The position numbers and the translations under genes are program-made. DNA of 25,885 bases. Origin: Candidatus Odinarchaeota archaeon (GTDB lineage Archaea > Asgardarchaeota > Odinarchaeia > Odinarchaeales > Odinarchaeaceae). Below the pieces are notes generated by a model. That model saw nothing but the letters and a program-made list of their open reading frames with translations, did not search any database and was not told the origin of the DNA. Positions 8,691 through 16,467 of the stretch are shown here, piece after piece (position 1 is the stretch's first letter; every line of letters begins with the position of its first letter). The stretch spans positions 1-25,885 of the forward strand of contig JAWBON010000014.1 in the NCBI GenBank assembly GCA_038826135.1. Reading direction: 5' to 3'.

Positions 8691-9035
8691 TTAGAAAATA
8701 GTTTTCAGCGCTCTTATAACTAAGCTTAAACTAGATGATGCCTCCTTACCAAGCAATGCTAAAATACTGAATCCGCTTTTCGTTTCAATAACCAAGTAAC
8801 CTTTCTCAGTGGTTAAGCTTATAGTGGAGGCGGAGCCCTTATCCGAGGCTGAGGCTATTTCAGAAGATTTTTTTAAAAGCTCTATCGAAAGCGCCGTAAG
8901 CTTTTTCTTATCCAGTTCTGTTAAAGTCTGGCCGCAAATAACTTTCCCATTATTTTCAAAGGCGATTAAACCTTCTATTTCAGGTATCTCATCCATCATG
9001 GTGGCAAGTTTTTCCTCTATAACTTTAGGATCCAT
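8691..9035 (-). CDS. Roadblock/LC7 (MglB/longin-like fold) protein 1, divergent
   Basis: 114 aa with helix-IEGLIAFENNGKVI-helix-ISLTTEKGYLVI..ILALLG-helix layout. Confidence 0.72.
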   Translation of the reverse strand: MDPKVIEEKLATMMDEIPEIEGLIAFENNGKVICGQTLTELDKKKLTALSIELLKKSSEIASASDKGSASTISLTTEKGYLVIETKSGFSILALLGKEASSSLSLVIRALKTIF

Positions 9036-9239
9036 AACTTCATCCTCACAGGCAACGTTACCGAATCGATTATATTTATATTAAACAGTATTTATTATTT
9101 AAGCATTGTTAGAAATGTATTTCAACTACAAAATTAATAAATAAGCGAGAAAACTGTCATATTTATAATAAATAAAAACCATATATATTACTAATCAGCC
9201 TTAATATTAAAGTGGAAAAATCATTAAATAAATATTTAA

Positions 9240-9536
<297 letters not shown>

Positions 9537-9540
9537 TAGA

Positions 9541-9550
9541 TTTATATAAA
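9541..9550 (+). promoter_or_regulatory. Putative TATA box for Roadblock protein 3
   Basis: TTTATATAAA about 50 nt upstream of TTG 9599, which has GAGGGA as a possible RBS. Confidence 0.4.
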
Positions 9551-9598
9551 TTTAAAAATACTATAATGTTAAAATAATTATAGTCATGAGGGATCAGC

Positions 9599-10072
9599 TT
9601 GATCAACATTAAAACCTTCGATGAGATACTAAGTAAGATTATTAAAAGCGAATCTGGCATAAAAAAAGTCATTCTAGTTGATAGAACAGGCCTTACAATA
9701 GCTCATGTATCTAAGTTTTCATATTATCCAGTCGACATAGATGGGATAGGAGCTATCGCAAGCGCTGTGTTCAGTGCAAGCGAGGAGCAGGGGAAAAATC
9801 TAGAGATCGGAGACTTAGATCTGTTAAGCTCAGAGTTTAGCGACGGGAAAATATTCGCGGCAAGCTGCGGTAAAGGAGTTTTAAGCGTGATCACAGATAA
9901 GGATGTAAATATAGGTATGGTCCGCCTTTTAATTAAAAAAACAAGCGAACAGTTAAAGGAAGTATTAGATGAGTTCCTAGCTGAAAAACCAGCGAGTAAA
10001 TTAAGCCTAGATAAGAAGGAAACATCCACCGAGGATTTGAAAGCTGCTCTAGGGGAACTTGAAAAAAGCTAG
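9599..10072 (+). CDS. Roadblock protein 3, LAMTOR2/MglB-like with C-terminal extension
   Basis: VILVDRTGLTIA, IGAIASAVFSASEEQGKNL, GKIFAA, VNIGMVRLLIKKTSEQL, plus a tail of about 30 aa ending in a likely helix. Confidence 0.85.
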   Translation: MINIKTFDEILSKIIKSESGIKKVILVDRTGLTIAHVSKFSYYPVDIDGIGAIASAVFSASEEQGKNLEIGDLDLLSSEFSDGKIFAASCGKGVLSVITDKDVNIGMVRLLIKKTSEQLKEVLDEFLAEKPASKLSLDKKETSTEDLKAALGELEKS

Positions 10073-10100
10073 TAAACAGAATTTACAGGTGCGCCTCTAA

Positions 10101-10469
10101 ATGACACAGAAAGCTGAAACACTAGATAGCGTTCTTAGAGATTTAGAAGCGGCTGTTCCACAGATACAGGCTGCTGCAATAGTTAGCGTGGAAGGTTTAC
10201 CTATAGCATCTATACTGCCGTCAAAAGTGGATGAAACAATGATAGCTGCGATGACGGCTGCAATGCTATCGCTGGGGGAGAGAGCTGCAGCTGAACTGGA
10301 TAAAGGCGAGCTTGAACAAGTATATGTGAAAGGCAAGGACGGTTACATAATCGTTATGGGCGCCGGTGCGAACGCTGTATTAACATTAAGCGCAACGAAG
10401 GATGTTAAACTAGGCTTGATATTTCTAGAAATGGAGCGCGCTGCTAAAAAAATCGCTAAACTAGTTTAG
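10101..10469 (+). CDS. Roadblock protein 4, classical prokaryotic MglB-like type
   Basis: AAAIVSVEGLPIAS, IAAMTAAMLSLGERAAAELDKGELEQVYVKGKDGYII, KLGLIFLEM. Confidence 0.92.
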   Translation: MTQKAETLDSVLRDLEAAVPQIQAAAIVSVEGLPIASILPSKVDETMIAAMTAAMLSLGERAAAELDKGELEQVYVKGKDGYIIVMGAGANAVLTLSATKDVKLGLIFLEMERAAKKIAKLV

Positions 10470-10580
10470 AGAATTCTACATGCTCACCATTTCCTTCAAA
10501 CATATTTATGAAGCTGCGATTAAACACAATTACTCGGATTTAAATAATATAAAGTGATATATCGTTTTGAAGTGATTCCT

Positions 10581-11114
10581 ATGGAGCAGATCATTTCATA
10601 TAAGGGTATCACTCCTAAAATAGGTAAGGATACTATTATCAGTAGCACTGCGAGAATAATCGGGGATGTGAATATAGGAGATAAGTGCTATATAGGAGCT
10701 AATGTAACTGTGAGAGGGGATTTAGCCCACATAGTTATCGGCAACTATAATATAATAGAAGATGACACACTTATTTACCCCGGTGAAGAGTACTCTGATG
10801 GTGTTCTATCACACTCAGAGATATTAATCGGCAACTATGGTGTTATTGAAAAAAAATGTGTCATCCAAGCCAGCTACTTAGGAGACTATTTTAAAATATG
10901 TAACGGCTCTATAGTTGAAAAAGGCGTCCAGTTAAATGAAGGTGTTTTTATATTATCAGGATCTGTAGTAGCTAGTGGCTCCATCATACCACCTATGAGT
11001 GTTCTAATAGGTAACCCGGCGCATATACTTAGAAAACTCAGCTTCGGTGAAAAAGAGAGGCATGAATCATATATTGAATCCTACTATGAGCTTATGAAGA
11101 GAATCACCCAGTAA
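10581..11114 (+). CDS. Left-handed beta-helix protein, gamma-carbonic-anhydrase-like fold without Zn ligands; dynactin p25 (DCTN5)-like
   Basis: Hexapeptide repeats, VRGDLAH, IPPMSVLIGNPA and a C-terminal helix. The expected gamma-CA His positions read LIY, IEK and IQA. ATG 10581 follows GTGA; the track starts at GTG 10554. Confidence 0.8.
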   Translation: MEQIISYKGITPKIGKDTIISSTARIIGDVNIGDKCYIGANVTVRGDLAHIVIGNYNIIEDDTLIYPGEEYSDGVLSHSEILIGNYGVIEKKCVIQASYLGDYFKICNGSIVEKGVQLNEGVFILSGSVVASGSIIPPMSVLIGNPAHILRKLSFGEKERHESYIESYYELMKRITQ

Positions 11115-11117
11115 CAG

Positions 11118-12248
11118 GTGCGGGAGTTGACTATAAAATATCAGTGTTCAATATGTAAAAATTATACAACAGCGTACGAAGCTTATTTTTGCCCACTCTG
11201 CCAGGAAATAATATGCTATAACTGCACTAATCCTGAACCTGTATTGTATAAGTGCTTCAGATGCGGTAGAGTTTATAGTATTAAAGAAGCTAGAGAAAAT
11301 TTTACAGAGTGTAAAGATTGTTATAAGTGTCATTACTGTGGTGGTGATTTAAAAATTAAATATGCTAATAACAGGTATTTTTTCGAGTGCTTTCATTGCC
11401 TGTGGAGTTCTGAAAACCAGGAGCCTATAATCACTAGCCCGGATAAGTTAAATGTGATAAGAGAGGCGGGAAATATTTTACAAAACGATAGATTATATGA
11501 GGATTACGCCGTGTACTGCCCGAAATGTAAAAGCACATTGATTAACACAAAAAATAGGGTGGTGAATAGTTTAGCAAGTGTTTTCCCGAAAATCATGTTT
11601 AACACGAAATCAATACCTGTTAATACAAGGATAGATATATTCTACTGGGTTAAAAACACGAGGCCTGAAGGCTCATTTTTCCGTTTAGACTGGGAGGCTG
11701 GAAATAACTTTCAGATTATGCAGCTTAGTAGGGCTGCAGAGTTTGACTTCCACTCACCGTTTATTAAAACTCAGAAAACAAGTAAACTATCGATAAAAGC
11801 GGATAATACAGGGGAGCTGAATATATACGCGGATCTAAGCTATAAGTTTGATGAAATAAAGTATGGAGCGGGTAAAACAAAGATTAAATTGGGACCCATA
11901 ATCGCGTATCCTAGAATAGAGATCACCAGGATTTTAGAGTCACCACCCACATCCACAAAAGAGAACACTGTGAAAATATGTGTTAAAAACGAGGCTGAAC
12001 AGGAACTCCAGCGATTAATAGTTTCAGATATGATATTAGAGGGGGCCTTAGATTTTAAAAGAAGATACTGGGATATAAAAAATTTAGAGAAAGGAGGGGA
12101 GCTGCAATTAGCTTACAGTTTTAAAGCTGATCCTGCTGCAACCAGAATAAGATTCGATGTTTTACGCGGCAAGATCAGATTTTCAAGCTTCATGCCGCAA
12201 ATATTCTTCGATTATGTAGGAGCGTCTGAAATAGTTGAAATAGGTTGA
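11118..12248 (+). CDS. Multi-zinc-finger protein with beta-sandwich C-terminus; dynactin p62 (DCTN4)-like
   Basis: Eight CxxC pairs (Cys 10/13, 25/28, 33/36, 46/49, 65/68, 71/74, 91/94, 134/137), with YFCPLCQE, EAR....CKDCYKCHYC and YFFECFHCLWSS, then a beta-rich region. Starts 3 nt after the previous stop. Confidence 0.75.
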   Translation: MRELTIKYQCSICKNYTTAYEAYFCPLCQEIICYNCTNPEPVLYKCFRCGRVYSIKEARENFTECKDCYKCHYCGGDLKIKYANNRYFFECFHCLWSSENQEPIITSPDKLNVIREAGNILQNDRLYEDYAVYCPKCKSTLINTKNRVVNSLASVFPKIMFNTKSIPVNTRIDIFYWVKNTRPEGSFFRLDWEAGNNFQIMQLSRAAEFDFHSPFIKTQKTSKLSIKADNTGELNIYADLSYKFDEIKYGAGKTKIKLGPIIAYPRIEITRILESPPTSTKENTVKICVKNEAEQELQRLIVSDMILEGALDFKRRYWDIKNLEKGGELQLAYSFKADPAATRIRFDVLRGKIRFSSFMPQIFFDYVGASEIVEIG

Positions 12249-12937
12249 AAACAGAGGCGAATGATTTGATTAAGGCGGTTATATTCGACTTAGATGGGAC
12301 ACTCGTACATTTTAAAATAGATTATAAAAATGCCAGGGAACAGGTTAAAAATTACTTAACAAGGCTAGGTGTTCCCGAAGAGTATATGTTAAATCAACCT
12401 ATATTCACAGCCTTAGAGCAGGCAATCCGCTACTTAAAATCTAGAAAAACCAGTGAAAGTGAAGTTAACAGGATAAAAGAAGATATCAATAAAATTGTCT
12501 CCCAGTTCGAGTTGAAAGCGGCTAATGAAACATTTTTAACACCTAACGCTAAGGAAACCCTCAGCGAGGTAAAAAGATTAGGGGTTAAAATAGGTTTATT
12601 CACAATTAATAACAGGCAGGTTACAGAGATTGTGCTAAATAAAACTGGTATAAAAAAATTTTTTAACATTATTGTAAGCAGGGATGATACGAGCGCGATT
12701 AAACCTGATGATGAACACTTATTAACAGTTACTAGGAAGCTTGGTGTGGAGCCAGAGCAGAGTGTTGTTGTAGGTGACACGGTTTATGATTTTCAAGCGG
12801 CTAAGAGATTAGGGGCTTTAACTATAGGCGTTGAAGGATTATATGACGCTACATACCTAAAGAATGAGGGTAAAGTAGACTATGTTGTAAAAGATCTGTC
12901 AGAGATAATTAATATTATAAACAGATTTATTATTTAA
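12245..12937 (+). CDS. HAD-superfamily hydrolase (phosphoglycolate phosphatase-like)
   Basis: Motif I IFDLDGTL, motif II FTINN, motif III KP, motif IV VVGDTVYD. 4-nt TTGA overlap with the upstream gene. Confidence 0.92.
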   Translation: MKTEANDLIKAVIFDLDGTLVHFKIDYKNAREQVKNYLTRLGVPEEYMLNQPIFTALEQAIRYLKSRKTSESEVNRIKEDINKIVSQFELKAANETFLTPNAKETLSEVKRLGVKIGLFTINNRQVTEIVLNKTGIKKFFNIIVSRDDTSAIKPDDEHLLTVTRKLGVEPEQSVVVGDTVYDFQAAKRLGALTIGVEGLYDATYLKNEGKVDYVVKDLSEIINIINRFII

Positions 12938-13015
12938 AAAAGAGGTTCAAGCATTCAAAGAAGATAATAAAACTTAAATATTAATTTTAAATGTGTATTC
13001 ACGGAGTGTTAAAAA

Positions 13016-13342
13016 ATGGTTGAGTGCAAAAACGGCGAGATTGCTGAAACAGGCAGTAAAGGTATTAAGAGAATTGTCTTAGACGTTTTGAAACCTCACA
13101 ATCCACATCTAGTTGAATTAGCAAGTATTATTTCAAAAATAGATGGGGTTTGCGGTGTGAACATTTCACTAGTCGAAGTTGACGCCGACACTGAGAGCGT
13201 TAAAGTAACCATATTAGGGTCGAATCTAAATTATAAGCTTATAAAGGAGAGGCTGGAAAGCTACGGCGCCGCTATCCACAGCATAGATCAAGTTGTTGCA
13301 GGTCAAATGGTTGTGGAGGAACCCTACACGTACCAGCGATAA
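13016..13342 (+). CDS. DUF211-family conserved archaeal protein
   Basis: [39 protein letters not shown]. Confidence 0.85.
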   Translation: MVECKNGEIAETGSKGIKRIVLDVLKPHNPHLVELASIISKIDGVCGVNISLVEVDADTESVKVTILGSNLNYKLIKERLESYGAAIHSIDQVVAGQMVVEEPYTYQR

Positions 13343-13373
13343 AATTTAACTTAATATTATAGAATTTCAAAAA

Positions 13374-13928
13374 TTAAGATTCTTCTTTAAACAGGCTGGT
13401 AATAAGTTTTGAACATGATTTATCAAACTCTGGTGGGAGAAGTTTAAGATTTTCAATCAAATACTTTGTAAGCTCCTCAGCCAAGCCCTCTAAATCTAGT
13501 GGCTTTAACCCTAGAAATTGTTCAAGAACAGTTTTTCTAAGAGCTGCACGCGCTGCAGATCTAACCACATTATATACTATATCATCCCTATCTAAATAGA
13601 AAATATTATTATCGTTATCGGGGAAAATGATTAACTCCAGTTTATCAACGTATTCTTGTAAAGCGTCCTCCAACCTCCTTCTATCAATATTAGTGTCCGC
13701 ACAGAAGCTGTCAAAGTTCTTCGCATATATACGGTTATTAGGTTTATGAGATGCGATATAGGCTGCAGCCCATATCACAGCATCATCTAAAACATCTGGA
13801 TTAGAAGCTTCTATTAGTCGGGCTAAAAGACTAAGAGAGTATAAAATAGTTCTAATGTTTAAACCTGATTTTGACAACAGATTATTATAAGCGCGAATAA
13901 TATCTTCTGCTTGACGTTTTCTCCCCAT
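13374..13928 (-). CDS. Hypothetical helical protein (possible cyclin/TFB-repeat-like segment)
   Basis: 184-aa ORF with AGGTG upstream of the ATG and a typical protein composition. Family not recognised with confidence. Confidence 0.6.
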   Translation of the reverse strand: MGRKRQAEDIIRAYNNLLSKSGLNIRTILYSLSLLARLIEASNPDVLDDAVIWAAAYIASHKPNNRIYAKNFDSFCADTNIDRRRLEDALQEYVDKLELIIFPDNDNNIFYLDRDDIVYNVVRSAARAALRKTVLEQFLGLKPLDLEGLAEELTKYLIENLKLLPPEFDKSCSKLITSLFKEES

Positions 13929-14249
13929 CAGAGCACCTTCCAGGGGTAAAGGCGACTTTCTAAGATTTTAAGCGAAAAGGGTGAACATGTAGAAGGGGTT
14001 TTAATCTCACCCTATCTACAGAGTTTATATTTAATCTCTTATATTTAAACGTGAACTACCTTCTTTAACAGGGGGGACTTGAATGGTTTAAATTATTAAT
14101 AACATAATTAATTTATAACTTAACGGTTAAGCGATATTTTTAAACAGAAAATTTATAAGCCATTAATTTTATTTTATAACGGTTTTAATCTTATTTATAT
14201 CCCGTAGCCTAAATAATATAAAATTTAAAATTTTAAAAATGCCGGAATA

Positions 14250-15458
14250 ATGTTTTTAAAAGAGGTTCAAGAATTGGTTAATCAGTTAAATAGTAAGGAT
14301 ACTGGTTTAAGAGGTGTTTATGTAGCTAATACTGGTATAAGTATGATCGACGAAGAGGCGGGTAAACTTTTCTATAGAGGTTATTTAGTTAACACGCTTA
14401 CAAATCATTCAAACTATGAGGAGACAGCGTATCTCATAATGCACGGGAAGTTACCTGTAAAAGAAGAATTAGAGAAGTTCAGCTTATCCTTAGCCTCTGA
14501 GAGATTTATACCTCAAGAGATTCTAGAATTCATGGAGGATATACCTAGAGAGTCCCCCCCTATGGATGTACTCCAATCAACGATTAGCATACTCGCACAC
14601 TATGACCCGGATATTTATGACCAGTCTAAAGCAGCGCATTATAGACAATCAATAAGAATCATAGCTAAAATCCCAACAATAGTAGCTGCATGGGATAGAA
14701 TACGGAAAAATATGAGCCCTGTTAAGCCTAATAAAGCGTTATCTCACACTGATAATTTTCTTTACATGCTCTTCGGTGAAAGAGTCCCCCCCAAAGTGGA
14801 GAGATGCTTCAACATATCTATGATAGCGCATGCGGAGCATTCATTTAACGCTTCAACTTTTGCAGCTAGAATAGTGGCTTCAACTAACGCTCATGTATAT
14901 TCATCAATAGTGGCGGCGATTGGAGCGTTATCTGGAGATCTTCACGGAGGCGCCTGCTACCAAGTCATGAGAAATCTTATAGAAATAGGCACACCGGAAA
15001 AAGTTAGTGAATGGGTGGTCAACCGGTTAGAAAACAATAAGAAGATAAGTGGAATGGGGCATGCCGTGTATAAAACAACAGACCCGCGGGTTAGAATACT
15101 TGATAAATGTATCCGTTCATTAATCGGCGAGAGCGGTGACAATAAGTATTATAAAATGATAAAGCTGATTGAAAAATATACGAAAAAAGAGTTTAAAAAG
15201 AGGAAGGGGATTGACATATATCCAAACGTTGACCTTTACAGCGCTGTTCTTTACAACATTATAGGGATCAACTACGATCTTTACCCACCTATTTTCGCCC
15301 TTTCTAGGAGTGTAGGCTGGTGCTCACATGTGATAGAGCAGAAGTACCCTGACCCGCCGCTTAAACCAGTCTTGTATAGACCGTTAGCAGATTATAAAGG
15401 GCTATATTATGGACCTAACGGTGGACGGTATATATCGATAGATAAAAGAAAATCTTAA
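14250..15458 (+). CDS. gltA: Citrate synthase (citrate/2-methylcitrate synthase family)
   Basis: GLRGV, KLFYRGY, HAEHSFNASTFAARIVAST, LHGGA, GMGHAVYKTTDPR, YPNVDLYS, IFALSRSVGW.SH. Citrate versus methylcitrate specificity not resolved. Confidence 0.92.
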   Translation: MFLKEVQELVNQLNSKDTGLRGVYVANTGISMIDEEAGKLFYRGYLVNTLTNHSNYEETAYLIMHGKLPVKEELEKFSLSLASERFIPQEILEFMEDIPRESPPMDVLQSTISILAHYDPDIYDQSKAAHYRQSIRIIAKIPTIVAAWDRIRKNMSPVKPNKALSHTDNFLYMLFGERVPPKVERCFNISMIAHAEHSFNASTFAARIVASTNAHVYSSIVAAIGALSGDLHGGACYQVMRNLIEIGTPEKVSEWVVNRLENNKKISGMGHAVYKTTDPRVRILDKCIRSLIGESGDNKYYKMIKLIEKYTKKEFKKRKGIDIYPNVDLYSAVLYNIIGINYDLYPPIFALSRSVGWCSHVIEQKYPDPPLKPVLYRPLADYKGLYYGPNGGRYISIDKRKS

Positions 15459-15979
15459 GTTAACGCTTTAATCACAGTCCATCTTAAAGCTCTCTCAATT
15501 TCTTTCAGCCGACTCTGATCCCGGTAATTTTCAATAAGAATCCTTTTAACCGTTGAATCTTTTTCTTCGATCAAGTAGCGGAAAACCGATTTCAGAACCG
15601 CACTTTTCTGTTTAATAATATTTTCATCCTCATTCTTGTATTTCTCTAACACTTTCGGTATGAAAAATGATTGAAGTGATGGTGACTTAACGCTTATCTT
15701 CACATCGCTGGCAGGTGTGAATATTATTTTATTCTCAGTAACTTCAAGCTCGCCTAAAATATTTCCAGCATTATCCTTGATCTCTCTAGCACCGCTAACC
15801 TTAACAGGCTTAGTAAGTTCATCAGCTGTTTTAAGACTGGTCTTAACAAGGAATAAGTCTATAGCTTTAACGAAGTCTTTATACTCAGCTAATTTAGCCT
15901 CTAAGTCATCAATTTGATCCTCTAAGAAGGCTTTCAACTTAGCTAATGCTTCAACCGGTTTATCATCTTTACCAGACAT
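15455..15979 (-). CDS. Hypothetical protein with N-terminal coiled coil
   Basis: 174-aa ORF with heptad-like LKAFLEDQIDDLEAKLAEYKDFVKAID. Its stop overlaps the citrate synthase stop (TTAA 15455-15458). Confidence 0.7.
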   Translation of the reverse strand: MSGKDDKPVEALAKLKAFLEDQIDDLEAKLAEYKDFVKAIDLFLVKTSLKTADELTKPVKVSGAREIKDNAGNILGELEVTENKIIFTPASDVKISVKSPSLQSFFIPKVLEKYKNEDENIIKQKSAVLKSVFRYLIEEKDSTVKRILIENYRDQSRLKEIERALRWTVIKALT

Positions 15980-16148
15980 TCAACCCGCCTACACCATTAA
16001 TTATAAGATAATTAATCAAACTAAAATATTAACATATTTTAATTAATAATTTAATGTTTAATGAAAAAATTTTCTACCAAGATACAAAACAATGAGAGAT
16101 TACAATGATTAACTTTAATATTTTGATGAGATAACCAGCGTTATAGAA

Positions 16149-16176
16149 TATTATCTGATATTATAATCAGATAATA
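16149..16176. promoter_or_regulatory. Inverted repeat (11-bp arms) around a TATA-like core
   Basis: TATTATCTGAT-ATTATA-ATCAGATAATA, with TTATAA at 16161-16166, in the divergent intergenic region upstream of 16207. Confidence 0.5.
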
Positions 16177-16206
16177 GCTACTAAGTAACGGTTTATTAAG
16201 TTCAGT

Positions 16207-16458
16207 GTGGTTAATATGGGTAAGGGGAATATTTATCTGGTAACTAGATGCGTGAACTGTAAGATACCGTTTTATTTTAAGGCTCCTCAGAAAACTAAGA
16301 GATGTACTAATTGCAACATGCTTCTTAAACTGGATAAGTTGAACATAATCTATAGAGCTGCCAGTGCTGAAGAGGCTTTAACAATAGTTTTAAAACTTAA
16401 ACAACCATCTTCACTGCAAGGTTTCATTGAAGCTTATAAAATAAAAGATGAAAACTAA
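16207..16458 (+). CDS. Small zinc-ribbon protein, DUF1922-like
   Basis: RCVNC...QKTKRCTNC..LKLDKLNII...SAEEA pattern. Confidence 0.7.
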   Translation: MVNMGKGNIYLVTRCVNCKIPFYFKAPQKTKRCTNCNMLLKLDKLNIIYRAASAEEALTIVLKLKQPSSLQGFIEAYKIKDEN

Positions 16459-16467
16459 AACTATTTT

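Noticed and set aside
10554-11114. Annotation as an active gamma-carbonic anhydrase or acetyltransferase
   Set aside because: The fold fits, but the three Zn-ligand histidines are absent and no acyltransferase catalytic His is evident.
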